Below, in pieces: positions 17,471 through 27,962 of a stretch of 64,000 bases of DNA. The notes under the pieces are model-generated. The model saw nothing but the letters and a program-made list of their open reading frames with translations. It was not told the DNA's origin and searched no databases. Within the stretch, counting starts at the first letter, position 1. Each line of letters opens with the position of its first letter. Made by a program: the position numbers and the translations under genes. This DNA comes from an uncultured archaeon (GTDB lineage Archaea > Micrarchaeota > Micrarchaeia > Anstonellales > Anstonellaceae): positions 11,909 to 75,908 of the forward strand of contig CABMCD010000004.1 of NCBI GenBank assembly GCA_902384555.1, in the 5' to 3' direction.

Positions 17471-20400
17471 GCCAGACCGATGCATCAAGCCCGAATCCAA
17501 TCGGCGATGCGCCGCTGGCCCCAGAGCCGGAAATAAATGAAATTGTTTCTCCCGCCCGGACGGCCCCGTCCGGCCAGCCCGTGAGCGGGGCAGAAAACGC
17601 CCGGCCTCCCGCCCTCGGCGCCTCCGCATCCCCGCCGCCGGGCGGGGCGGAAGAAAAGAAAAGCGCCGCCGCCCCCTCCGCCAAATCCGCCGACCAGCCC
17701 CACCATGACACGGCGGCTGAGAAGGCCATGCGCCTGGCGGCCGGCCTGCTCACCCATTCCGAAACCAAAAAAGAGAAAGGGGGAGGGGAGAAAGAGCCCA
17801 AGGCATCGGCCGAGATGGAGAAATATTTCGAGCATTTGCGCACCCGCATGGAAAAGGCGCTGGACATGGCCAACGCCGCCCGCAGCCGCGGCCTCGACCC
17901 GGAGCGCTATGTGGAAATCAATCCCGCCGCCGACGTGGCGGCCCGGGTGGAGGGGCTGGTGGGCCCGCCGGGCGTGGCCGCGCTCATCCACAAGTGGGAG
18001 GAGAGCGGCAAGTCCCGCGAGCTGGTGGCCTATGAAGTGCTGCTGGCCATTTGCCGCGGCGAACTCATCAAGGGCGACCGCGACGCGCTCATCGACCAGG
18101 GCGTAAGAACGGCCGTCTCCATCCTGACCGAAGGCGTGCTGGTGGCCCCCACCGAAGGAATCGCGCATATCCGCGTGAAAAAGAACCCTGACGGCTCGGA
18201 CTATCTGGCCATCTATTTCGCCGGCCCTATTCGCTCGGCCGGCGGCACGGTGGCCGCGCTCTCGGTGGTGATGGCCGACGTGGCCCGCCGGCATTTCAAA
18301 CTGGGCGACTACCGCCCGCTCGATGACGAGGTGGAGCGCTATGTGGAGGAAATCAACCTCTACAACGACCGCTGTGCGCACTTGCAATACAAGCCCTCCG
18401 ATGACGACATTAGAAAAATCGTGCGCGCCTGCCCCGTGTGCGTGGAGGGCGAGCCGACCGAGGAGATGGAAGTGTCGGTCAAGCGCGACTTGGCGCGCGT
18501 GGAGACCAACCGCGTGCGCGGCGGCATCGCGCTGGTGATTTGCGAGGGCATTGCCCAGAAGGCGGCCAAGGTGCTCAAATACACCTCCAAAATCGGACTG
18601 GACTGGACCTATCTGGAATCCATGACCAAGGGCGTGAAAAAGTCCATGGGCAGCTTCGAGCTCAAGGGCGACCCGCGCTTTATGGACGAGCTGGTGGCCG
18701 GGCGGCCGGTGTTCTCATTTCCCCTCAAGCCGGGGGGCTTCCGCATCCGCTATGGAAGAACGCGCGCCTCCGGAATTGCGGGCAAGGCCATTCATCCGGC
18801 CACCATGTACATTCTCGACTCGTTTCCGGCCATTGGCACCCAGCTCAAAATCGAGCGGCCCGGCAAGGGAGCCGTGGTGAGCCCCTGCGACGCCGTGCTG
18901 GGGCCGGTGGTGAAATTGCAGGATGGCTCGGTGGTGGAGGTCACTTCTTCCAAGCAGGCGCAGGAGATTGTGGCGCAGGTGGTCGAAATCCTCTTTCTTG
19001 GCGATTTGCTGGTGCCGGTGGGCGACTTTTTGAAAGCCAACCACCCCCTCGTGCCTTCCGGCATGGTGGAGGAGTGGTGGGTGCAGCTGGCGGCAGCCAA
19101 GGGGCTCAAATACAAAATCGAGCAGGTGCCCCCCGCGCCGGAGGCCTTCAAGCTCTCGCACGAGCACGGCCTGCCGCTGCATCCGCGCTACATCTATTTC
19201 TGGCAGGACATCACGGCCGAGCAGATGCGGGATTTGGCCGAATGGCTGGTGCACGGCAAATTGGAATACGAGTGGTTCCATCTCAAGGGCATGAGCGTGG
19301 AGAGCGCGCCCGCCAAGCGGGTGCTCGAGCTCTTGTGCATTCCCCATCAGGTGCTGGGCGCGCGCATCTACATCGCGGGCGACACGGCCTATGCGCTGCT
19401 CACCACCCTTGCGCTGCTGGACGAGGCCAAGCACGCCCTCACCCCTGAAAAATTCCGCAAGAACTTCGACCCGGCCAGAAGCGCGCAGGAAAACGCCAAT
19501 TCGCTCTCGGGCGTCAACATCCTGCCCAAAGCGCCGGTCTATGTGGGCACCCGCATGGGAAGGCCGGAGAAATCCAAGGAGCGCAAGATGGCCCCGCCCA
19601 CCCACGTGCTCTTCCCGCTGGGAAGGCTCAACAAGAGCCGCCAGGTGGTGCGCACCTACGACAAGGCGCGGGGGGATGAGAAGAAAGAGGGGCGCGGCAT
19701 GGAAGTGGACGTGGCCCGCCTGCGCTGCCGCACCTGCAAAACGTTTTCGCTCTCCATCACCTGCCCGGCCTGCGGTGGGGACTGCGAGCGCCAGCGCGTG
19801 TGCTCCAACTGCGGAGTGCAGACCAACCGCGAGGAGTGCCCGACCTGCCACGGCAAGACGCGGTGGTGGGAGCGGCGCAACATCGATTTGGTCAAGCGGG
19901 TGGAAGAGGCCAAGCGCCGCCTGAATTGGAGCGCGCTGCCTGAAATCAAGGGCGTGCAGGGCCTTATCTCGGAGAGCAAGATACCCGAAGCGCTGGAGAA
20001 GGGCTTTTTGCGCGCCAAGCACGGGGTGACGGTTTTCCGCGACGCCACCTGCCGGCACGACTCCACCAACGTCACCCTCACCCATTTCACCCCCCGCGAG
20101 GTGCGCGTCTCGATTGACAAGCTCAAGACCTTGGGCTACACCCACGATTTGGAGGGCAAGCCCCTGCATTCGCCCGACCAGGTGCTGGCCCTGAAAGTGC
20201 AGGACGTCATCGTGTCGGACGACGGGGCGCAATTTTTCTTCAAGGTGGCCAACTACATCGACGAGATGCTGGTGACGCTGTATCAGATGCGGCCCTATTA
20301 CCAGCTCAATAAGCCCGAGGATTTGGTCGGGCATCTGGCCGTCGGCCTCTCGCCCCACACCTCGGCCGGCTGCTTGTGCCGCATTGTCGGATTCACGCGC

Positions 20401-21201
20401 GCGCACGTGGGCTATGCGCACCCCTATTTCCACTGCGCCAAGCGCAGGAATACCGATGGCGATGAGGACTCGCTCATGCTCCTCGCGGACGCGCTCATCA
20501 ATTTCTCGCGCCGCTTCATTCCCGCCACCCGCGGCGGCACCATGGACGCTCCGCTGGTGCTGACCACGCGTTTGGACCCGACCGAAGTGGATGACGAAGT
20601 GCATTCCATGGAGGCGTGCGAGAGCTATTCGCTGGAATTCTATGAGCTGGCGGCCCGCTTCGCCTCGCCGTCCGAGGCCAACGTGCCGCTGGTGAAGAAT
20701 TTGCTTGGAAAGGCGGGCCAATACGAAAGCTTGGGCTACACCCATGCGGTGAAATCCATTGACGAGGGCCCGCTGATGACCTCCTACATTTCGCTGGAAA
20801 AAAGCATGGTGGCCAAAGTCAAGGTGGAGTTCGCGCTGGAGGACAAACTGCGCGCGGTGGACCCGGCGGATGTGGCCAACCGCGTGCTCTTGTCGCACTT
20901 TTTGCCCGACATGTACGGCAATTTGCGCTCGTTTTCAAGGCAGACGTTCCGATGCGTGGACTGCAACGCCAAATTCCGGCGCGTGCCCCTCGTGGGCCAC
21001 TGCACCAAATGCAACGGCAAATTGATTCTGACCATCTACAAGGGCGGGATTGAGAAGTATTTGAAGCCCTCTTTGGAGCTGGTGGAGCGATATCATTTGC
21101 CGGCGTATATGAAGCAGAGAATCGAGCTGATAAGAAAGGACATTGACTCCATCTTTACGGATGAGAAGAGCGTGCAAAAAGGGTTGGCAGATTACATGTG
21201 A
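17467..21201 (+). CDS. DNA polymerase D large (catalytic) subunit DP2, intein-free
   Basis: Characteristic DP2 length and C-terminal zinc-finger cysteines (CRTCKT...CPACG, CSNCG...CPTCHGK, CVDCNAKF..CTKCNG). GTGA overlap with the DP1 stop. The N-terminal 116 aa are low-complexity; the alternative ATG start is at 17815 (MEKYFEHL). Confidence 0.85.
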   Translation: MSQTDASSPNPIGDAPLAPEPEINEIVSPARTAPSGQPVSGAENARPPALGASASPPPGGAEEKKSAAAPSAKSADQPHHDTAAEKAMRLAAGLLTHSETKKEKGGGEKEPKASAEMEKYFEHLRTRMEKALDMANAARSRGLDPERYVEINPAADVAARVEGLVGPPGVAALIHKWEESGKSRELVAYEVLLAICRGELIKGDRDALIDQGVRTAVSILTEGVLVAPTEGIAHIRVKKNPDGSDYLAIYFAGPIRSAGGTVAALSVVMADVARRHFKLGDYRPLDDEVERYVEEINLYNDRCAHLQYKPSDDDIRKIVRACPVCVEGEPTEEMEVSVKRDLARVETNRVRGGIALVICEGIAQKAAKVLKYTSKIGLDWTYLESMTKGVKKSMGSFELKGDPRFMDELVAGRPVFSFPLKPGGFRIRYGRTRASGIAGKAIHPATMYILDSFPAIGTQLKIERPGKGAVVSPCDAVLGPVVKLQDGSVVEVTSSKQAQEIVAQVVEILFLGDLLVPVGDFLKANHPLVPSGMVEEWWVQLAAAKGLKYKIEQVPPAPEAFKLSHEHGLPLHPRYIYFWQDITAEQMRDLAEWLVHGKLEYEWFHLKGMSVESAPAKRVLELLCIPHQVLGARIYIAGDTAYALLTTLALLDEAKHALTPEKFRKNFDPARSAQENANSLSGVNILPKAPVYVGTRMGRPEKSKERKMAPPTHVLFPLGRLNKSRQVVRTYDKARGDEKKEGRGMEVDVARLRCRTCKTFSLSITCPACGGDCERQRVCSNCGVQTNREECPTCHGKTRWWERRNIDLVKRVEEAKRRLNWSALPEIKGVQGLISESKIPEALEKGFLRAKHGVTVFRDATCRHDSTNVTLTHFTPREVRVSIDKLKTLGYTHDLEGKPLHSPDQVLALKVQDVIVSDDGAQFFFKVANYIDEMLVTLYQMRPYYQLNKPEDLVGHLAVGLSPHTSAGCLCRIVGFTRAHVGYAHPYFHCAKRRNTDGDEDSLMLLADALINFSRRFIPATRGGTMDAPLVLTTRLDPTEVDDEVHSMEACESYSLEFYELAARFASPSEANVPLVKNLLGKAGQYESLGYTHAVKSIDEGPLMTSYISLEKSMVAKVKVEFALEDKLRAVDPADVANRVLLSHFLPDMYGNLRSFSRQTFRCVDCNAKFRRVPLVGHCTKCNGKLILTIYKGGIEKYLKPSLELVERYHLPAYMKQRIELIRKDIDSIFTDEKSVQKGLADYM

Positions 21202-21206
21202 GGAGG

Positions 21207-21860
21207 TCAGGCCCCAACCGCCTTCCCCACCAAGCCCGGAAACACGGCCACCAATCCAGTGGTAATGAACTGCACGCCAATGGCGCACACAATCAGGCCC
21301 ATGATGCGCATCAGCGCATACAGCCCCTCCTGCCCCAGCACTTTCATGATGCGCTCGGACGAGCGCAGCACCAGATAGTTGAGGGCGCAGGCCACGAAGA
21401 TGGCGCCCCAGAGGGTGAATTCCTCCAGCAGGCCCGTCACCTGCCCGGCGAGAAGCACGGTGGTGGAGATGGCCCCCGGCCCCGAGGTCATGGGAATGGC
21501 CAGGGGCACCATGTAAACCAGGTCCTTGCGCACGTCCTGCTTCTTTTTCTCATCAGTCGGGAAGAGCATGCGCAGGCCGATAATCAGAAGGGCGATGCCG
21601 CCCGCGATGCGGAAGGAGTCGATGGTAATCGAGTAGATTTTGAACAGCCACAGGCCGGTGAGGGCAAAGAAGAAGAGCACGCAGAAGGCGACCAGCGAAG
21701 TCAGGAACGCCACCCTATTCTGCTCGGCCGTTTTCTGTCCTTTGGTGAGCGAGAGGAAGATGCCGATGGTGGAGAGGGGGTTGATGATGACCAGAAGCGC
21801 GATGAGGGAGGTGATGAAATAGGAATCCAGGGCCATGGCCATATGGGCAAGGGCACGCAC
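21207..21860 (-). CDS. MarC-family (UPF0056) integral membrane protein
   Basis: Multi-TM protein with conserved NPLS...IGIF and PL..GPGAI segments. Confidence 0.65.
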   Translation of the reverse strand: MRALAHMAMALDSYFITSLIALLVIINPLSTIGIFLSLTKGQKTAEQNRVAFLTSLVAFCVLFFFALTGLWLFKIYSITIDSFRIAGGIALLIIGLRMLFPTDEKKKQDVRKDLVYMVPLAIPMTSGPGAISTTVLLAGQVTGLLEEFTLWGAIFVACALNYLVLRSSERIMKVLGQEGLYALMRIMGLIVCAIGVQFITTGLVAVFPGLVGKAVGA

Positions 21861-21895
21861 GGGCGATTTAAAATGATGACGGGCGAGAGGAGGGC

Positions 21896-22846
21896 ATGAA
21901 ATCCAAAAATCGGAATTTCAGCCGCATCATTTTCGACATGGACGGCGTGCTCTACCGCGGGCACACCCCCATTCCCGGCGCGGCCCAAGCCCTGGATAAA
22001 ATCCGCCAAGCGGGCTACCCCATCTCCTTTGTCACCAACAACGCGACGCGCTCGCGCGCCGAATTGCAGCGGCGCATGAAAAAAATGGGCATCCGCGCGC
22101 ATCCGGATGAAATCATGACCTCGGCTTATGCGGCCGGCTGCTATTTGAAGGGCATGAAACAAAAGCCGAAATCGGTTTACGTCATTGGAGAGAGGGGATT
22201 GAAGAACGAGCTGCGCTCGGCCGGATTTTCAGTCTTGCCCCTCCATCTCCGCGGCGAGCGCGAATCCACCACCACCTTTTCCCGCCTTTCCAACTCCGAA
22301 TTGCACCCTGCTTCGCACGTGCTGGTCAGCGGCCTCGACCGCCACCTTACATACGCCAAGCTCGCGGCCGGCCTCGACATGCTCAACGCGGGCGCGAGCT
22401 GGGTGGCCTGCAATCTGGACCCCACCCTGCCGATGGAAAACGGCGTCCATCCCGGCTCGGGCAGTCTGGGCGCGTGCCTGGCCTATGCGGCCGGACAGGT
22501 TAGGCCGGACGAGCCGGGCCGGCGCGGGCGGCCGGGCGCACGAAAGGCCGGGGCGCATTTTTCCAACATCATTTTGCGCGAGCCGGACGTGGTGGTGGGC
22601 AAGCCCACCACATATATGCTGGACATGATTTGCAAGAAATGCTCGCCCGCCCAGCGGCGCTCCATCCTTTTTGTGGGCGACCGCCTCGACATGGACATTG
22701 CCTTCGCCAGCGCGGGCGGGCTGTCCTCCCTGCTGGTGCTGAGCGGGGTGGCTAAAAAAGAGGAAGCTAAGAGAGCCAAGGGTTCGCTCAAGCCCGGCGC
22801 CATCCTCAATTCGGTGGCCGAGCTGCCGAAATGGCTCGGCGTTTGA
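21896..22846 (+). CDS. HAD-superfamily hydrolase, subfamily IIA (NagD-like sugar phosphatase)
   Basis: DxDGV motif I (IFDMDGVL), TNN motif II, GDRLDMDI motif IV. Confidence 0.7.
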   Translation: MKSKNRNFSRIIFDMDGVLYRGHTPIPGAAQALDKIRQAGYPISFVTNNATRSRAELQRRMKKMGIRAHPDEIMTSAYAAGCYLKGMKQKPKSVYVIGERGLKNELRSAGFSVLPLHLRGERESTTTFSRLSNSELHPASHVLVSGLDRHLTYAKLAAGLDMLNAGASWVACNLDPTLPMENGVHPGSGSLGACLAYAAGQVRPDEPGRRGRPGARKAGAHFSNIILREPDVVVGKPTTYMLDMICKKCSPAQRRSILFVGDRLDMDIAFASAGGLSSLLVLSGVAKKEEAKRAKGSLKPGAILNSVAELPKWLGV

Positions 22847-22854
22847 ATTCTTTT

Positions 22855-23940
22855 TCAATAGCGGTACATGCCGTTGAGCGTGTCGTCCACATCCTCGTTC
22901 TCGCTCTTTTTCTTGATGGCCTCCAAGCCCTGAGAGGGAGCGGGCTCGGGGGAAGCCGCAGGCGGACTGGCGATGGGCCAGCCGGAGGAAGAAGAGGTTG
23001 ACTCGGTTTGGGACGGGGACGGCCAGCCGGAGGGAGCCGGACTCGCGGCCGCTGGGCTTTGGTTGGAACTGGGGTCCAAATCCATGGCCGCGCGCGTGAG
23101 CCAGTCTGAAAAGTGGGGCTGGGACGCCGGGCGCGGCTCGGCGGGGGGAGAAGCGGCCGGCGGGGAATACGGCGGAGCGGCCGGAGCCAGCGCATAGGGC
23201 GAGTTGGGTTGGGTGTATTCGCCCGCGTGCGCGGGCTGGGGCGCGAAGAGAGAGGGTGAAGCGGGGGCCGGCTCGTTGGAAAAGATGGAGGGCGGATTTT
23301 GGGAAACCGAGAAGGGCGAGGCCGGGGCGCCAAACGCGCCGGCAGCCGGGGCCGGGCTTGGAGAGCCATAGGGGGCCGGCGGCTGGCTGGGCGCGCCGTA
23401 GGGGCTGGAAGGCTGGCCGGAATAGCCATACGAGGGGGTATTGGAGGGGCTGGGCGCGCCATACCCGCCGGGCGAGGGCTGGCCGGCAAACAGGCCCGAG
23501 GGCGGAGCCGGAACGGAGTGGTAGGTGAGCGGGGGCGTGATTTGCGAGGCCGGAGCGGGGTCGGAAAACATGTCCATAGGGGCAGGTGAGGGCGCGTCGG
23601 CGCCATTGAGCGCCGAAGCGGGCGTGCTAAACGGGCCGGACAGGTGGCTGGGGGTTTCGGCTGGGCGCGTCTGCTCGCCAAAAGAGGGCCAAGAGGGAGC
23701 GGGAGAAGAAGGGGCCGACCACGCCGGAGCGGGCGAGGAGGGCGCGATGGAGAGGGACTGGAAGGTTTCGGATTTTTGCGAGGGCCGCAGCAGGGGCGAG
23801 AGCGACACCTGCACCACGCGGCCCGAAGCCGGGTCGAGGCCGGTGACTTCCACTTCGTCCAAATCCAGCGAGGAATTGACCTCGATGAAGTGCGCCTGCC
23901 CGTTCACCAGAATCTGTTTCTTGATGCTTGACATGCCCAA
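22855..23940 (-). CDS. Pro/Ser/Ala-rich low-complexity protein with structured N- and C-terminal ends
   Basis: 361 aa. N-terminus MSSIKKQILVNGQAHFIEV...; about 250 aa of PSA-rich sequence; acidic C-terminus. The antisense ORFs are GC artefacts. Confidence 0.5.
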   Translation of the reverse strand: MGMSSIKKQILVNGQAHFIEVNSSLDLDEVEVTGLDPASGRVVQVSLSPLLRPSQKSETFQSLSIAPSSPAPAWSAPSSPAPSWPSFGEQTRPAETPSHLSGPFSTPASALNGADAPSPAPMDMFSDPAPASQITPPLTYHSVPAPPSGLFAGQPSPGGYGAPSPSNTPSYGYSGQPSSPYGAPSQPPAPYGSPSPAPAAGAFGAPASPFSVSQNPPSIFSNEPAPASPSLFAPQPAHAGEYTQPNSPYALAPAAPPYSPPAASPPAEPRPASQPHFSDWLTRAAMDLDPSSNQSPAAASPAPSGWPSPSQTESTSSSSGWPIASPPAASPEPAPSQGLEAIKKKSENEDVDDTLNGMYRY

Positions 23941-24017
23941 CCGCCTCCGAGACGGGCAAGCCTCTCGGACAGGGTTTATTAGCCCTCGCGGGCGTGTGTG
24001 GAGAATAGTATATAAAT

Positions 24018-26087
24018 GTGAATATTCATATCAATTCGACGAATATGGGCACTTATTCCCTCAAAACAACCGCTGCGCGGACCGGGTGGATAACACTCGA
24101 CGGGCAACCCAAAAAGGTCGAGCTGTGCGTCCTGCCGCGCGACGCCATCACGGCCTTCAGCCAGAAGAAGATGGACCGGTTCAATGGCGCGATTCACGTT
24201 TTCCCTGAGCAGAAGGCCGAATACGACAAATGGAGGGCCTATCAAGACAATGGCCACGCGTTCGTCCTCATGGCCATGGGCGAGCAGCTGGCGGCCGAGC
24301 GCCTCGCGCTCGAAACCGCGTTTGCCAAAACCAAAGCCAGACTGGAAGAGGCGAAGAAAACCTGCGACAGGCTGGAAAAGGAAGAATGCCGGGAGGGCAG
24401 GATTTGCGCAAGGCTGGAAGAGCCGCTCAAGGGCCCGATGCGGGAGCGGCAGAAGCTTCTGCAAACCCAGAATGAGCGCTACCGCAAATTGGGCGAGATT
24501 CAGGCCCAGCTCATCGACTTGGAGAAGAAAAACCGCTCCCTCCTGCTCGGGGCTGAAGAAAAGGCAGGTGTAGGACAATGGCTGCAAACATTCTTCGACC
24601 CCGGCGCCGGACGTCCCATGCAGATATGGGACGTCATTCTCAAGGACGCGGAAAGGGGATTGTCGGATTTGGAGATCGTTTGCCGCCTGCTGGAGTTGGC
24701 CGGATTCGGGGCGGCCAATAATCCGAAAACCCTGGATGCGAAACGGCTGGGCGGGCTGGATGAGAAGGTGCTGCAAGAGCTTGAGAGGGGCTGGGCACAG
24801 GTCATCCGGAGCAATCAGGAACTGATGGAGAGGCTGGGAGAATGGGAGGCCGTGCTCGTGCGCACGCGGGACCAGCTCAAGGAAGCGCTGGCCGACATAA
24901 GAGAACAGCGGCGCAAGGAGAGAAACCAGACCGGGCCGAAACTCCCCCTCAAGGAGCGGCTGGCGCAGATGAAGAGACACAAAGCCCGGGACAAAGCCGG
25001 AAAGCGGGCCGAAATGCTCATCAGGCACTTGGAGCTGCAGCTCGCATTCCTGCATAAGATAGAGGATATCGCGGCCGGGGCCAACCGGGCGGTCGAGAGC
25101 CTGCAGGAGCAGGTCGAGCCCAGCCAAAAGCTGGAGGGGCCGCTAAGGAAGCTGGAGCGCACGCAGGAGATGCGGCGGGCGCAGGAGAAAAAAACGGCGG
25201 AGCTGCAGGCCGAATATGACGGGCTGGAGCGCCAGTGTCAAAGCGTGCGGGCGCGGGAGGAAAAGCTGCTGGAGCAGACGAACGAGCTCATCGGGCGGCT
25301 GGACGCGCGCCGCAAGCGCCGGGCGGACTATGAGAAAAGGAAGGTGGAGCGGGCGAACGCCCCCAAACAGAAGGAGGCGCAGGAACTGCACGAGCTGCAA
25401 TGTCAGATTGCCGAGCTGGAACGCGAAGAGCGCAAGAACAAGAAGCGTGAGGAGTGGCTGGGCCGCTTTGACATGGAGAAGCGCAAGGCGGAGGAGCGCC
25501 TCAAAGAACTGGATGAGATTATCCTGACATCAAAACAAAAGCTGGCGGACGAGTTGTGGAACCCCGAGCTCTTTGTGTTCTGCCAGAGCGGCCAGCACAC
25601 GCCAAGGCAGAGGGAGGACTTCGATGAAACGGTGGGCCAGCTGGCCGACCTGTACATGGAAACGGGAGGCAAGCTGACCGCCAATAATCTGCATGCCTGG
25701 TTACCCCGCAGCGCCAAGCCGCAGAACACGGCCTGGATGGACCGAGGCTACCAGCTTATTCGCGTGGGCTTCCACGCCCGCAATTTCGACCGCTTCCTCA
25801 TCGACTTGGCCGAGCCGCCGGAGAGGCCGGGCCTGAACGAGCCGGTGGGCCCCCGAATCTATTTCATAGGCGGAAAGGGAGACTGCGTCAGCTTCATGAA
25901 AAACCGCAAATATGTCAATGAGGAGGCCGCTTCCCAAAATGACTGGCGGGCCGGGCTTTTCAAGCGGGTGCTCGGGCCGGCCATTGAGGCCCAGAAGGAG
26001 ATGGACGAGCTGCTGGGCAACGGGCACGCGAATGGAAACGGCAATGGACAGAATGGAAAAGGAAATGGGGAAAAGAACGGCGCTTAG
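24018..26087 (+). CDS. large coiled-coil protein (689 aa), unknown function
   Basis: ~85-aa globular N-terminus, about 400 aa of heptad-like E/K/R/L/Q-rich sequence, and a globular C-terminus with a GNGNG tail. An AT-rich TATA-like element (tatataaat) lies upstream. Confidence 0.6.
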   Translation: MNIHINSTNMGTYSLKTTAARTGWITLDGQPKKVELCVLPRDAITAFSQKKMDRFNGAIHVFPEQKAEYDKWRAYQDNGHAFVLMAMGEQLAAERLALETAFAKTKARLEEAKKTCDRLEKEECREGRICARLEEPLKGPMRERQKLLQTQNERYRKLGEIQAQLIDLEKKNRSLLLGAEEKAGVGQWLQTFFDPGAGRPMQIWDVILKDAERGLSDLEIVCRLLELAGFGAANNPKTLDAKRLGGLDEKVLQELERGWAQVIRSNQELMERLGEWEAVLVRTRDQLKEALADIREQRRKERNQTGPKLPLKERLAQMKRHKARDKAGKRAEMLIRHLELQLAFLHKIEDIAAGANRAVESLQEQVEPSQKLEGPLRKLERTQEMRRAQEKKTAELQAEYDGLERQCQSVRAREEKLLEQTNELIGRLDARRKRRADYEKRKVERANAPKQKEAQELHELQCQIAELEREERKNKKREEWLGRFDMEKRKAEERLKELDEIILTSKQKLADELWNPELFVFCQSGQHTPRQREDFDETVGQLADLYMETGGKLTANNLHAWLPRSAKPQNTAWMDRGYQLIRVGFHARNFDRFLIDLAEPPERPGLNEPVGPRIYFIGGKGDCVSFMKNRKYVNEEAASQNDWRAGLFKRVLGPAIEAQKEMDELLGNGHANGNGNGQNGKGNGEKNGA

Positions 26088-26106
26088 GCGGCTGGCGTGA
26101 AGAGGC

Positions 26107-27879
26107 CTATTCCACCGTCACGCTCTTGGCCAAATTCCTAGGCTGGTCGGGGTCGCGGCCCAATTCAATGGTCATGTAATAGGCCAGCAATTGCAGCGGC
26201 AGGATGTAGAAGAGGGGCACGAAATCCTCTGAAACTTTCGGCATGGCCAAGCTGTGCTCGCCCTCCGAGAGGATGGTCTTGTCGTCCGAGAGCACGATGA
26301 TGGAAGCCCCGCGCGCGTGGCATTCGCGCATGTTGCTCTCCATTTTGGGCGCCAAAGCCCCCGACGGCGCAATCGCAATCACCGGCACCTTGTCTTCCAG
26401 CATGGAGATGGGCCCGTGCTTCAATTCACCGGCCGCATAGGCTTCGGCATGCAAATAAGTGATTTCCTTGAGCTTGAGCGCGGCCTCGAGCGCGCAGGGC
26501 CAGCCGATGCCGCGCGAAATAAAGAAGAAATTCTTGCGCTTGCTCATCAGTTTGGCCAAATGGTGCACCGGCTCGTGCACCTCATCCAGCATCTGCTGCA
26601 CCTGCGAGGGCATGGCGGCCAGCTCCTCCAAGCCCTTCTTGTTGCTGGAAAGCGAATAGGCCAGCTTGTAAATCACGGCCAGCTGCCCGGTGAAGGTCTT
26701 GGTGGCCACCACCCCGACTTCGGGCCCCACGCTGATGTAGAGGGTGGCGTCCGCTTCGCGCGAGAGCGTCGAGCCGACCACGTTGGTGATGGCCAGCACT
26801 TTGGCCCCCTCCTTTTTGGCGAGGCGAACGGCCGAAAGCGTATCCGCCGTCTCGCCGGATTGTGAAATGGCCACCACCACATCCTCCGCGCCGGTGTGCC
26901 AGGAGGCGTATTCCGAGCCCAAGTAGGCGGAGGCGGTGCGCTTTTGCCTGTGCAGCAGATACTGCAAAACCAGGCCGGCATAATAGGAGGTGCCGCAGGC
27001 CACCACGGCCGGGCGCTTGGCCCCGGCCAGCAGCTTCACCCCGTCCGCCACGTCGGCGGAAACAGCGGCCGCCAGCGTGAGGGGCTGCTCCAGAATCTCT
27101 TTTAGCATGAAATAGTCGTGGCCCATCTTTTGCGCCATCTGCGGCGTCCAGTCCACGTGCAGGGGCGAGCGCACGGCCGGGGAGCCATCCGCGCTCCAGA
27201 TTTGCATGCCCTTGGCATCCAGCGCGGCCAAGTCGCCCTCGTTGAGCAGCACGAAGTCGCGCGTGTAGCCCAAGAGCGCGGCCATGTCGGAGGCAAAGAA
27301 CATCTCCTCCTTCTTGCCCTTGCCGATGATGAGCGGGGCGTGGCGGCGCGCCAGAAAGAGGCGGGGCTCGCCCGACACCAGGATGCCCAGCGCATAGGCG
27401 CCCTCGAGGCGGGAAATGGACGAGCGGACGGCGGAAAGAATGGAATCTGAAGAGGATTTTTTGCCCTTTAACTCCTCTTCAATCAAATGGGCCACGATTT
27501 CGGTGTCGGTATCGGAAGTGAATTTGTGGCCCTTTTTCTCCAATTCGGCCTTCAGCGCGCGGGAGTTCTCGATGATGCCGTTGTGCACCACCGCCACTTT
27601 CTTGGAGCAGTCGTAGTGGGGGTGCGCGTTGCGCTCGCAGGGCGGGCCGTGGGTGGACCAGCGCGTGTGCCCCAGGCCGATGCCGCCCTCGAGTGAGAGG
27701 AAATTGTGCTTGGCGTGGATGTCGCGCAGCTTGCCCACGTCCTTGATGATGCGCATGCCCCGGCCGTCCGAGACGGCCATGCCGGCCGAGTCGTAGCCGC
27801 GGTACTCGACTTGGGAGAGGCCGTGCAAAATGACTTCCGCCGCCTGGCGGTGCCCGATGTAGCCGACAATGCCGCACAT
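26107..27879 (-). CDS. glmS: glutamine--fructose-6-phosphate aminotransferase (isomerising)
   Basis: N-terminal MCGIVGY (Ntn Cys1), two SIS domains, C-terminal ...KSVTVE. Confidence 0.9.
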   Translation of the reverse strand: MCGIVGYIGHRQAAEVILHGLSQVEYRGYDSAGMAVSDGRGMRIIKDVGKLRDIHAKHNFLSLEGGIGLGHTRWSTHGPPCERNAHPHYDCSKKVAVVHNGIIENSRALKAELEKKGHKFTSDTDTEIVAHLIEEELKGKKSSSDSILSAVRSSISRLEGAYALGILVSGEPRLFLARRHAPLIIGKGKKEEMFFASDMAALLGYTRDFVLLNEGDLAALDAKGMQIWSADGSPAVRSPLHVDWTPQMAQKMGHDYFMLKEILEQPLTLAAAVSADVADGVKLLAGAKRPAVVACGTSYYAGLVLQYLLHRQKRTASAYLGSEYASWHTGAEDVVVAISQSGETADTLSAVRLAKKEGAKVLAITNVVGSTLSREADATLYISVGPEVGVVATKTFTGQLAVIYKLAYSLSSNKKGLEELAAMPSQVQQMLDEVHEPVHHLAKLMSKRKNFFFISRGIGWPCALEAALKLKEITYLHAEAYAAGELKHGPISMLEDKVPVIAIAPSGALAPKMESNMRECHARGASIIVLSDDKTILSEGEHSLAMPKVSEDFVPLFYILPLQLLAYYMTIELGRDPDQPRNLAKSVTVE

Positions 27880-27962
27880 GGACAGAAGTAGGGTTGGAAA
27901 AGATTATAAATGGGTTGAAAGGACAAAAAAGTTATTTAAAATACTTCCGCTCGGCGCTTTTT

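Noticed and set aside
17467-17814. Possibility that the 116-aa low-complexity N-terminus of DP2 is a separate small gene or an intein remnant
   Set aside because: No intein splice motifs (no C/S...HN-C/S/T junctions, no endonuclease blocks); composition is low-complexity. Kept as an alternative-start note only
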